Shown here piece after piece: positions 1 through 12,300 of a stretch of 64,000 nt of DNA. Within the stretch, counting starts at the first letter, position 1. Each line of letters opens with the position of its first letter. Location of the stretch: positions 108,750,001 to 108,814,000 of the forward strand of contig NC_058368.1 of NCBI RefSeq assembly GCF_018350175.1. The letters are read 5' to 3'. The DNA comes from Felis catus (Eukaryota). The notes below the pieces were generated by a model. That model was given only the letters and a program-made list of their open reading frames with translations. It had not been told where the DNA came from and made no database searches. A program made the position numbers and the translations under genes.

Positions 1-41
1 AGGTTGCTTGGGCTTCCTGAAGCCAAGACAGGGTCCATTCC
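1..41 (-). CDS. ACSL6: ACSL6 coding exon 4, partial (continues beyond window start): (G)NGPCLGFRKPKQP
   Basis: Minus strand tctctgcag|GG AAT GGA CCC TGT CTT GGC TTC AGG AAG CCC AAG CAA CCT. Phase-1 join to exon 3 gives ...GLSISGNGPCLGFRKPKQP, as in mammalian ACSL6. Confidence 0.93.
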
Positions 42-489
42 CTGCAGAGAGATAAGCAGGCCTTGTGCCAGGGAGGATGGTAGGGTGGGTGTCACCTGCA
101 TCTGCTCATCAGATAGGTGAATGGACATCCCATCCTGTGGGGTGGTCCATGGGTCAAGCGAACCGCCCCCAGCTGCCTGTCTAACCTGCTGAAGCTGAAG
201 GAGGCCTAAAGCACACAAGCATGACATGTCCTCAAGGATCAGGGAGGCCCTGGAATAAGGACTAACACAGTGCCAGTTCCCACCATGACCTGTGTGATGT
301 AGCCTCAAGGGGACACAAAGACGTGGGGACTATGAGGCAGAGATGGAGAGTTGCCTCTCTGTGACCACTTCCTTTTGACCCATACACCCAGACATCCCAG
401 AGGCTCAGGCTCTGAACCATGCCAGCCAGAGGCCTGGCAGTTTGAGGCTTAGCAGGGGCTGCCCATGGGAGATATAAAATAAGGGCTAA

Positions 490-698
490 GGAGTGCCTAG
501 GTGGCTCAGTTGGTTAAGCGTCTGACTTCAGCTCAGGTCATGATCTTGGGGTTCATGGGTTTGAGTCCTGCATCGGGCTCTGTGCTGATAGCTTGGAGCC
601 TGGAGCCTACTTCAGAATCTGTATCTCCCTCTCTTTGCCCCTCCCTGGCCCACATTTTCTCTCTCTCACTTTCTCAAAAATAAATAAACATTAAAAAA
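490..698 (+). mobile_element. Carnivore tRNA-derived SINE (SINEC/CanSINE)
   Basis: gtggctcagttggttaagcgtctgacttcagctcaggtcatgatc head, CT-rich tract, A-rich tail. Confidence 0.9.
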
Positions 699-953
699 AT
701 TTTTTTTTAACTATGAGCTAAGAGATGGTTTAAGGTCAGGCAGTGCTAAGGGCTAGAACAAAGCTGAGGTCAGCCCTTCGGCCGCATAATGCAGTTACTT
801 CCCTGAGTGGGAGGAGTGCCAGGAGTTGCTTTTCTCCTCTGAACCTGGCAACCACTCACCTGCCACGCTCCTGGTTCCCTGCTTGTCGGCTCACACCTTT
901 GCACCTGCTCAACCCTTGGCAGGGCTCCTCCAGACCCTCACAGCCCCTCTCAC

Positions 954-1068
954 CTGAGATGCTAAGCCCACGGCGGAACACCTCGTACATGGTCCTGGCA
1001 TCATCATAATAGTGGGTGAGCAGCTGAGGGCCATCTCCAATCACAGATCGCCGGGCCCCGCCACTGTC
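954..1068 (-). CDS. ACSL6: ACSL6 coding exon 3 (115 nt): DSGGARRSVIGDGPQLLTHYYDDARTMYEVFRRGLSIS(G)
   Basis: cgtag| acceptor and G|gtgaga donor. Translation matches long-chain acyl-CoA synthetase 6. Confidence 0.96.
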
Positions 1069-2410
1069 CTACGAGCCAAGCACAGGCCAGGGAAGCTGGC
1101 TGAGGCAGGCATACGCATCAGGGGAGAGCACCAGTATGCAGCAGGCTGTACACGGCGTGGATGCACACCAGGGCCACACAGTTGGGACTGGGACATGCTC
1201 TGTGTGCACTCACACACATGGCCTACACACACCTGGACGGTACACACACAACCTCTACACACACTCACACACATATGGCTGGTATGCGCTTGACCTATAT
1301 GCAGCTACACTCAAACACAGTTGGCTCACATACACAGGCCCAGTACACTGGTCTCCCATACATGCACACAGCACCTAAACACTGCGTGAGCACACACAAA
1401 ATGTCCATAATTTCAGTGACTGTTCAAATATACCTATGGTTCATTCATACAATGGAATGGTGAGTGTTGGCTAGAGTCAGGCTACCCTCTGGCATCAGGA
1501 TCAGCCTGGAAAGGTGGCCTTCATCCCATCATCTGTTGCTGCTGTACCCCTAGGTTAAGAAAAATTTGGGTGCCATCCATCATTCACATAATAGCGTGAA
1601 TTAATTTGAATACTGGCTAAAGGTGCCTGTCCAGGAACACTCCTGCCCATGCCACATGACCCTTCTACGGCACGAATTCACCCTGTGTCTGCTTACTACT
1701 AAAAACAAAAAATAAATCTATGCTGCTCCCTCCAGGATCCTGGCCCATGGGCCTTTGTCCTTGCTGGCCTCTCAAAGTAAGTAATAATTAAAATTACCAA
1801 ATAGTCTGGTGCTTTCTCTGTGTCACCTTACCAAATCCTTACCACAACTCAGGAAGCAGATACTCCTTTTATTACTCACCTGACAGTTAAGGACATTGAG
1901 GCTCAGAGAGTTAAGAAACTGCCAAGAACCATACAGCTAGTAAGAGGTATAGCCAGCCCTTCAGGGCTCCTGTATACCAAATGCCATACTGGTAATGACT
2001 CTGCTAGCCTGTTGGTAGCCCTTCTCCGCTGTCCAGCCAAACCCACCAGGTACAAGATCACATACTCACATCTTTGCACACATCATGCCTTCTGCTGGAA
2101 AAGTGCCCTGAACATCCCCATCCTATCTAGACCTGCACCCTCTCCTACTGGGCAAAACTCTGCTATGCTCATGGTTGCCAAGATCAAGAGCAAAAAAGGC
2201 AGGATGTTGAACTGTATATGCAGCATGATAGCTTTTAAAAAGAGGGGCAAATATCTATTCGCTCACAGATGATCATTACTAGGTTTCCCTGGGGAAGAAA
2301 AGGTGGAAGCTCTTCAGTCTATGACCTTTTTCCCTTTTGAAGTGTGAATATATTATCTATTCAAAATGAATAAAATTTAAGGAAAAGATAATTTTTAAAA
2401 AGGCAAAATA

Positions 2411-2611
2411 GGGGCCCCTGGGTACCTCAGTCAGTTAAGTGTCCGGTTAGTGATTTCGGCTCACGTCATGAACTCCCAGTTCACAGGATCGAGCCCCGCA
2501 TGGGGCTCTGTGCTAAGAGTGCAGAGCCTGCTTGGATTCTCTCTCCCCCTCTCTCTGCCCCTCCCCACTCTCTCTCTCTCTTTCAAAATAAATGAATAAA
2601 CTTAAAAAAAA
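2411..2611 (+). mobile_element. Carnivore SINE with target-site duplication (TSD) AAAAAGGCAAAATA
   Basis: SINE head, (CT)n, A tail, flanking direct repeat. Confidence 0.9.
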
Positions 2612-3161
2612 AGGCAAAATAAATGTCACAAGCTTAAGAAAGAAACAAATCTCACTAGTCCTTCTAGATTTAGCCTGGAATACCCTTGTCCAGGCTGGGC
2701 CACTCCACCTTTCCTCCCCTTGGTGACCTTCTCTGTGAGTCCATGTGCTCTGGGAGGACAGGGGCACGGGTGGGCTCAGTTCAGAGTCCCAGCTCCAGAC
2801 CATGGCTGGGCACAGAGAGACTCTGGGAGGGAATTTACCTGGCAGCTCCTTGAGAACACTAGATTTTCTACTGAGGCACCAGTGAGCCAAGTCTTCCCAC
2901 CCAAGAGACAGGCAAACTAGAGGCCTGGTGCAAGGCCATGATTGGGCTCTGCCCAGGGTTCAATTCCTGGGAGAGGCAGAGGAGCATCTAGCAGGAGACG
3001 CTGCTCAAGGCTACTGGGGGGCTTAGTGGTTCACTGCTTGGGGAAACCAAGATTCTCTGCACCATTTTAGGTAAAACCGGCTATAAGCTTGGCTTCTACC
3101 TTCAAGATACCTGTCCTCTGCCCACTCCTTTCCACGGCCCAGCCACTTGCACATTGCTCAC

Positions 3162-3382
3162 CTCCACTTCCTCTGACTGCATCAGGAGGTTGCATGGTGG
3201 TTGTAAGGCCTTTGGCCGGTGAGTGAACCAGTAGGCGAGGATGGCAGCCAGAGCACCCATACTCACAAGGGTGGTGGCTGAGAGGCTGCGGAAAAACTGG
3301 CCCAAGTCGCCCAGCTCGGGCAGCCGCAGCAACCTCAGTATCTCTTGTGTCTGCATCTTCTCCAGAAGCGAGAGGATGAACT
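3162..3382 (-). CDS. ACSL6: ACSL6 coding exon 2 (221 nt): (E)FILSLLEKMQTQEILRLLRLPELGDLGQFFRSLSATTLVSMGALAAILAYWFTHRPKALQPPCNLLMQSEEVE; contains the downstream MQTQ start of shorter isoforms and the membrane anchor
   Basis: tttcctacag| acceptor and GAG|gtgagc donor. Near-identical to the known ACSL6 N-terminus. Confidence 0.97.
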
Positions 3383-6300
3383 CTGTAGGAAACAAGAGGT
3401 AGGTGAGAGAGGAGAGCTGATGGCAGGCTAGGGAGGAGTCTGGTTCTGTCCTTCCATCTGTCTTGGATCACAAGTGACAAAATGACCTTGGCCAGGCCCT
3501 GGCCAAATACAGTAGGGCAGGCCCTGGGTTGGTTGGGGTGTACAGTCTTCTTGTGCAACACAGTGTATCCCTAGACAGGCCTGTCCAGGTGACAGGCCAG
3601 ATCCCTTAGCGGTCACACTTGACAGTCAGACATCCGGCCCGGTTTTCCTGAGAACCATATGCTCAAGCCCTAGGCCATGGATGACAGATGCTTCCCTATC
3701 TTCCAGGAGCCAGGGAATGCTCTGAAAGCTCTGGAATTAATGCCTCCTGAGCCCCAGGGTTTGGGTGCTCTGCCTCTCCTCTGTGTTCATATTATTGTGC
3801 TTCTCTTTGCTGCTGGAGTATGAAAAGCACAGTGACCAGAATGAGTCGGTGAAGGAGTACAGGTTCTTCCCAGTCTACCTCAAAGTTCCCAGCACCAGGC
3901 CCTGATCCTGAGGGAGACAGAGAAAGGAAAGGGAGCAGAGCCCACGGACCCACTCTTACAGGTGCCTCTGGTCCTCATGACATGAGGGCAATCATCTCTC
4001 TGGCAAGGGTCCAGTGAGTGACACAGCAGGGCTTCCCCAGGTCTACATCCTCATCATACCATAGGCTCTTCTTGAAGAAAAGTTGGAGCCACAGTCTTGC
4101 CAGGGCCAGAGGTGATGCTGGGGCCAACTTTGTGAGGAACAGCAAAGTTACCAAGAGCAGCCAGGGTGGGATCCAGGTACTGCTCCCTGGCCCCAGACTG
4201 CTGACCACTATGCACTACAACTCTGCATGGCCACTGACCAAGCACCAAGAGACACAGCTGACCCCACCATTAACTGGGCCCTGGGCCGTCCCCCCTGGGA
4301 CCCAATCAGCTCATGTCCAGAGGACACAGAAATGGCATAGGGGAACTGATGGGAAGGGAAAGGAACCAAGGCTCAGAGAGAAAGGGCTCAGCAAAGTGCT
4401 GTGTGCACTTCTAGGGGTAACCAGCACTCCTTGTGATGTCACATAAAGTGGTCAGGACTCCATACTTGCCCACCACAGTCCAAGTGGCGACAGTGGGCTG
4501 ATGAGGGCATAGAGAGGATGCCCTGGGGTGGACAGTGGAAGTGTTGCTGTGAGAAATACTATTAACTAAGTTTGGTTCAAAGAGAGCAGGTCTCAGGAGC
4601 TGCCACATTCTCCTGATGGCCACTAAATGAAGCAATGATGGCAGGGCAGACATATGGCCAGTTGGGCTAAGGGTCTTCACTTCACCCAGGACTGAGAGAG
4701 GCAGTGAGGATGGACCAGGCATTGGATGCTTTTATCTTCACTAGGGCATCTACAGTGTCACTGCCCAGTGGGATTTGAGGCTACAAGCACCACATAATAC
4801 CTATAGGTCTGCCAACCTAATGAGGGCTGGGTAAGCTCCAGGCTGCCATGCACCACTTATGGCCGCTCTCCTTATTGGCCCTTGACCTTTGGAAGCAAGA
4901 CTGTGGTTTTCCTTTTTGGAAAACAGTGAGAAACCCAACAGCAGCTACTCTGCAGCCATAGGATATGAGCCAAACAGCAATTGCTTGACCCCGGAGAAAG
5001 GAGCAATCTGCTGAAATCCCAATAAATAATATTTGTACTAAATTGTAACATTACCACATCAGAGATGAGATCAGTGATGTGCAAGTCACTGCAGAGAAAG
5101 CAAGTAAATCTTGATTCAAATCCCTTCTTCTCCACTTATCAGTGACACAAGGTTGCATATAACTCACCTCTCTGGACCTCCACTTGCCCATCTTTAATAT
5201 GGGGACAGTATCACAGAGGCATTTACTCATACTGTGCCTGGCATAGTTAGAGGCACGCCATGACTAAACAGATGGTTAAGGGGTATGGTTGTCAGACCAA
5301 GGAGGCAGGCCCAAGCACCGGACAGAGGTGGGTGGGCCCTGGATATGGTCCCTCAAGAGTTTATGCTCTATAGATGACACAACAGGCTGTCTGAGTGTCT
5401 GAATCCTGGGAACACTCATGAACCACCCCCAGGTTCTAGCTGCCCCCTGGAGAGCAGAGAAAGTGAGCCCCCAGCCAGCCCTCACTAAATTCCTCACTGA
5501 GTTCATCATTCTCACTGAGTTCCTGAGCTGGAAACCCAGTTTTACTGGTAGCCTCCTTGAGCTAGATCAGTTTTGAGGCCATCCCACAGGAACAAATCAC
5601 TCCTGGCATATCGATCACATTATGGTTCTGCACCAGCAAAGAAGAGGCCCAGCTATGGACCCCAGTGAATTCACCAAGGAAAACCACTCTGGGGAAGACC
5701 CTGGGCAGGCAGCCAGCTAGTTTCCTTGGGACATTTACTTCCCTAAGCTGCAGATGGGGAGACCAAGTGACAGCCCTGCCTATCAGAGAAATAACTCAGT
5801 ACACATAGTGGAAAATCCGGATGTGCTCATCAGCTCTTGGGGTGGGCTCGGAGCTCATTGACATTTCCTCTAATGGGCCGAACTGGTTCAATGGGCTGAG
5901 AAGCCTCTGACAAGCCTTAAGAGCTCAGCTGTATGGTCCCCCAAAATTTTAGAGAGAACCCTACAGTGCCGAGTCCTCGGCCATTGCCCATGGGCCCTGA
6001 GCTACAGCAGAACGTGGGTATCTGCAGCATTCGCTGATATCCACGGAGCACAGCCCAGAATGGCCATCCATCCATCCACCCACCCAACCCCCATTCACTC
6101 AGCAGACCCTCACATGGTCACCGCTCTCATCTAGATCAGTGCTGGACCCTGGGACAAGCCAGATGTGGGCCTGCCCTCCTCCTGGGCGACTCATGAAGGA
6201 GCGGACAGGGCTGTGCAGTGTGGTCTGGGCTGTGATTAGGCATGGGGAGCCAGAGAAGGCGCTCGGCGCAGGCATGGGGAGTCAGGACAGGCTTCTGGCA

Positions 6301-9300
6301 GGGAGTCATACTGATGTTGAGATGGAAAGATGAAGAGGAAAGGATGTCCTGAACAGAGGGAAGCAAACGTACAGAAGCTGGAGCTGACAGAGAGCAGAGA
6401 GCACTTAGCCAACTGAATATTCCACTCAGCAAATAAGGTCTGAGCCCAGGAAATCTTGTACAAAGGTCAATGCCACAAGTCTGAGAGGCTGGCCTCCTAG
6501 ATATGCAAGTTCTCAGAAGTCACCAAAGTATCACAGGCCCCAGGAGAGGGAAGAACAGAACTTGTCTAAACTTGCTGAATTCCTGGTGTCCAGGAAGCCC
6601 TTGCCGAAGGTGGGAACACACAGACTCCACAGAAGAAGGTACTTGACATCCACGGATACAGAGGGGGCAACTAGGGAAGCCAGGATCCAGGGCCCAGACC
6701 ACAGCCTCCCATACCACTACCCCATCCCTGCCAACATTGGACCATCATATCCACACCTGTGCCCTCATTTGCAGTGGGGTTGAACCCACAGGTAACCACC
6801 TCCAGACCTGCTCAGAAAGGCCCAGGCCCAGGCTTCAGGGGAAGGAGGCAGCACAAGGCCACCAGAGCCTATGAAGCGGCATCAGGCAGTCAGGCCCCTT
6901 CGCTTCTTCTTCACTGTGCACACAGTAGGGGTGGGTCCCTCAGACCGTCTTCTCCTGGCTGGGACCTTCTCTCTAGATAACCCATTTGCCTGGGGCAATG
7001 GAGGGTGGTGGAGAAAGGGCTTGGCTACCCACTCCTCCTCAGGCTCCTACTTAGGTACCCACCCTTAAGGAAGCATCTGAAGTGAATGTAGCAACTCTGG
7101 CCCTGAGGCTGGGCCTGCACCCCTCCCTGCTGGGTAGCAACCAAGGGAATCAGTGGTGCACATATCATGCTCCTAGGTTTGCTGACCTTCTCAGACATTC
7201 AGGACTGCCTGCGTATACCCTTAGATTCCCTGCAGACCTGGGAGCCACTGCAGGGCAGAGCTGCAAATCCAGGTCTTCTGAGGACATGGGCCTGAGAGCC
7301 AACCCACGCCACCAAACCCTTCGCATGGGGGCAGGGTAGAGTCAAGGCCTGGGGTCTGGTCTCATTTCATTATTTCAAAGGGCCTTGGCCTCCTCTGACC
7401 TTTACTCTCTCTCCATTAAGCTAGGGTGGGGTTTGGTGGTCCCTGGGATCCCAACAAGAACTGCCTCTTCCCATACCCCAGGAGGCTCTCCTGGTGGCAG
7501 CAGCATAGGATGTGGGATGGGGGTGGGCTGGGCAGCACCCAACGGAATCAGTGGTGCACTGTTGCCAAGTGAGTGTTTGTAAATATTCAGCTGGCAGGAG
7601 GACCGCGCCCTCGGCACAAACTAGTCTCCTCTCCCCCAACATATCCTATATCTCTTTGTCCTCTGGCACAGAACAGTTCAGGACCCCAAGTGGTGGCACA
7701 GGCTAGGGGACTGAGAGTCCCCCCCCCCTCCCTGTACCACGTTCTCCACTGATTTGGGGCACATGGAAGGTGGGTGGTGAGTGGTATAGCTGTCAAAGCC
7801 CAGGAAGGGGAAGAATAGGAGGAAAGAAACCCTGGTGGGAAGCATATTGGCACCAAGGTGGCAGGGTGGCAGGGGTAGAGCCCCAAGGCACAGTCCCTGT
7901 TGGAGATGGCCCTGAGGCCCTTGGCTCAGATCCAAGAACCCTCGGCAGACCCAGCCTCCTAACTGCAGCACTCTAGACCTTCACAAGCTACCTAGATGGC
8001 TCTGTCAGGGCCACCTCCTAAACACCTCTCAAAGCTGACTGCTCCTCTTCACCCCCACAGCTCATGGCCTGGTCCAGCTACCACTAAGTGCAGTTCAGAT
8101 TCCCACACCAGTCTCCTCATAGGCATCCCTGCTTTTAACCAGTGCTTACACTGATACCAAGGTTATTTTCCTGGTATACAGATAGGACCATGTCATGCTA
8201 CTACTCAAAAACCTTCTCTGGCTCCCTACCACCTTAGGACAAAAGTCCAAACTCATCACGCCAGTACTGAGGGACTTCATGACTCTCAGATTCTTTCCTC
8301 CCCTTTAAATCATTCAGGTTCTCTCTGCATCCACCCAGAGTGGGGTGGGAGTTCTTGCAATGGGGTTCTGGGTCTCTGATGGTGGGCAAGCACAAGGCAA
8401 GCCACCAGATCATTAAAGAACATCCTTAACTCTCAAAGAAAGGCTTCAAAAAGAAAATCACAACCTCTCCCAGGGCCCAGGGTCCCCAGAAAGCAATCTA
8501 GGGAGAGGGCCCAAAGGTAAGTTCTGGTGCTGCACTGACCTGGTCTGAACCTTGACTCAGACTCTTGATAGCTGTATGACCTTGGACAAGTCACTTATCC
8601 CTCTGGGCCTCTGCTCAAACAAGCCAATGGATAGACAGAGAGTGTGGTGCCAATCACACAGTAAATGAAACACTCAGTAGACAGTAGTTAGCTAACGCGG
8701 TTACTCCGTCTCTTTGCCAGCCAGAAGGGGTCAAAGATAACTTGCAAAAGTACATGCATTTATACCCTACCTTTCCAGAGGGCTCCTGGCACTGGGGAGG
8801 CGGCTGAACTGGTCCCACTAGTACCAGCCTCCCTTTATAAAGGGTATGTGGGGCTCAGGGAGAGAGCTTACCACATCTTGAGCAAGGCACAAAAGTGGCG
8901 AAGGCCCTGCCCCAAGTGTGCCCTCCTGGGGACAGCGGATGGCAACAGCCGCCTGCTCTGAGAAGCCGGGTGGTGGTGGAGGCGTTAGCAGTGGTGGCAG
9001 AGGCTCCCTGGCGGCCGTGGGAGCAGGTCTGGCAGGACCTGGGTACAGAACAGCTCTATGAGGAGCTGCTGCCCACCCCCCCTTCATCTGCACATTGGGC
9101 AGCACTGGCTCAGATCAGCTTAGAGCCAAGCAACCCGCCTTAACCCCCACTCTGCCAGGTTTCCAGAGCTCCGTTCACTGCTTCTCCCCCACCTCCACTC
9201 TGTCTTCAGTCCTGGACAGGAGTTTGCCAAATGGGTTGCTTAAGGACAAAGCCTCTTTACACATCCATCCGTGACACCGATTAGGGGCCAGAGCCTCAGC

Positions 9301-12300
9301 CAGGGGCTGGGGACCTGCAGCCAACGTGACTGGCAGAGGTAGTAGGAAGTAGTGGGGAGTGGGGGTGGGGATGCCAGATGTCCGGCTGAGAGAGGAGGCA
9401 TCTAGAAGCCCAGGAGACTCCACCGCCAGCCCCTCCCAGGGACTGTCTCCACTCCCTGACCCCACAAGGTCACAACCTGTCTACTTGGGGAGAGGAAGGA
9501 AACTGGTCACAGTCCCAGATATAACACCTGCTCAGAGATGCTCTGGACACTCTGGACCAAGGATCAGGGTCAGGAGGTCTCTTCTGAAAGACCCTAGTCC
9601 AGCACACCAGCCCCTCCTTAATGACTGCCCTTAGAGACACTGTTTCCTGGTTTGCCAGGGACTAGCCATCCTGGAGCCAGAATCCACACCCAGGCCTGTT
9701 GGAACCAAAGCTGATCTCTGACATCTCTCAGCACCTCTGGCAGACAGACTGGGACCAGAGGTCCCACAGACTCCCAGGGCCTCACTCCTGCAAGGTTTGT
9801 CTCTGTGGGGTTGGGGGGAGGGGGTCAGGTATGGCCATTTTTCACTCCTATTTTGGTGACCAGCATGTGGCTGGGCACACAGTAGCAACATGGTGGCCCC
9901 TGCTGAAGAGTAAAAGACAAGTCCAGGCCACAGTGGCCAGCTCACCACCCTCCAGGCCCTACCCAGAACAGGTGATTCCGAGTCTGCCAAGATGGACCCA
10001 GTGTCTACCCAAATCCGACCTACCTCCTCAGCAGCAGGACAGTCCCATGCCACAGTCCAGTGCTCTGAGCTCCCTTTTAAGGGGCTGTGTGCACAACTTG
10101 CCTGGTGAGTCTAGAGTTCACAGACCTTGCAACACTTTGCCTGCGGCTGATGGAGCCTCTATTGGTCTCCCCACCACGTGGGGCAGGCCCTGAGGGGAAG
10201 TTCTTCCCGCCTCAGTAGCCCCCACCTAGAATCTGGCAGGTGCCTATCTCAGCCTGCAGGTCCCATCCTCCTCCAATCCACCTGGAAGAAGCTTTAAAAT
10301 ACATACACAAATGCCTGAGGACCCAAGTTCTGTTCACAAAGCTCCTACCTCATCCTTCTTAGCAGGATCCCTACGTTTCTCTAGTCATCTTCAGGGATGT
10401 TTTAAAACAAGACAAAATCTTCATTTAAATGCCTCTCAGGGCAGCTTTCAGAGCAGGAAATTCAGCGGCCATGACCAAGGTCCTGGCTGATGGAAAGCCA
10501 CACAGGGTGCTGGGGACACAATCACAGCAGCAGTTCCATCCCAGGAAGTTTGTGGCCCCATCACTAGGTTAAGAAAAGCACAGATCTTACCATAACCTGT
10601 GCGGCCCTGACACGCAGACACGCAAACACAGCAGCCCACTCTTGGCCCACGTATCTACCCGGTCCTCACAGATATTCATGCCTATCTCTACTATGTGAGG
10701 CTTTCTCTCCATCTTCCTCTTGGGTTTTAATTAGAGTCACAGAACCACAGATGATTGGGGCAGAGATGGGGCCCAGGGCCTCCCCAACCGGGGAAGTGCC
10801 AGGGGAGACACACTGCACATCCCCCAAGAGGCTAGGATGCAGGTTGCTGGGTTACACAGCAACTCACCTGCCGAGCTTCCTCAGGGAGCCTGATTATAGT
10901 TCCGAAGGCTCAATTTAAGCCCTTTCGATGTGGAAAAGTCCACCTACAGTTGGCTGTGCCTGACCGCTGAGCAGGGCCACCACCTGTACCTGCTAGCCCA
11001 GACTCACCGTGAACATGCCTCCCTTTAGCAATTCATTCAGTGCGGGAAACAGCCTTCACTGCCCTCTGATACCTCCCCACCTTCCTCCCACCATGCCGGC
11101 ACCTTTAAAGAATCCCACTCACCCTAAGCCCTGGTCAGGGAACATGGGCCCACATTCCTGACGACAACACCAGGAAGCCAGGCTCAAACAACACTTTCAG
11201 GAACTTAAAAATACAAATAACCTTGAGGACAGAGGAGCGAACAGAAACACAGTGTCTTTCACAAGCTCTGAGATAAACGTTGTCCTTACCACGAATCGGG
11301 CACAACTAAAATTTCAGAGCAAAGAGGGGGCATCAGAGGCTAAAACTGGCAGAAGTCCCTATGGAAATATTTACCGAGTATGATAACCAGGGCCGATGGT
11401 GTGGATGAGCCTCAGCCTCATTGCCCTTCCTTCCACACCAAGCCCTGGGACAGCAGGCAGGACTCGGGGATGCTGGTGAGGATCATGAGCACTGCACAGG
11501 CAGAGGGACACCCCCTGGCCAGGCCCCACTGTGCAGGAAGCCAAATCCTGTGGCTGCAACATGATCCTTTCCCCTCCCAGACAGTCCGTGTTAGGACTGC
11601 CAGTGTTCTGGCTTCAGGAGCAGTGATCCATTTCCGTCACCGGCCCACGCTGAGGACATACTGTGAACCCAATAGGTTCAAGCTCAGAAAGGGACCAGAG
11701 GCCACTCCTGGCAGGGCCAGGGTCTTAGGGCTCACTGCAGATGGCCGCGGCCCAGGATGTGACCTCCTCCAACGGGGGTTCTGCTAAGATAGGGTTGTGG
11801 GAACTGAGGTGGGGGGACAAGAGAGGGATTTGCTCACCTGCTTGTTCACTCAGGAGCACTCAGGGACCCTGCTCAGGAAGGAATGCACAAAAGAAGGACC
11901 TGAGGCACATCCTTAGTCAGGAATAGGGAGGAAGGTGGGAATTGGGAGCAGATGGAGAGGAGTGTTCTGAGAAGGGGATAGACTGATAAAAGTGGGTTAG
12001 TAAGTTGCAGAAACAGCCTGTAAGATTTTGAGGCTCCTAGGAAAGTGGCAGGAGTCTGGTTGCATTGAGGAAAGGGGCAGGAAGCTGAGGCTGGGAGGAT
12101 AGCATTTAGCTGCAGAAGAAAAAAGACTTGGTACTTGTATATAAGCCTCATGCCTTCAGTGTCACAGCCATCAGCTAAGAGAACCCACCAGCTCCTAGTA
12201 ACCTGGGGTTTTAAGATGCATAAGTGCCCCCCACCAGCCAAGCTGTACCCCTAGAACTCTGCTAAAGGGGCTGCTACTGTAGCCAGGAGCCAACAAGACT

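Noticed and set aside
1136..1463. His/Thr-rich ORFs
   Set aside because: Translation of a degenerate CA-rich low-complexity tract in an ACSL6 intron.
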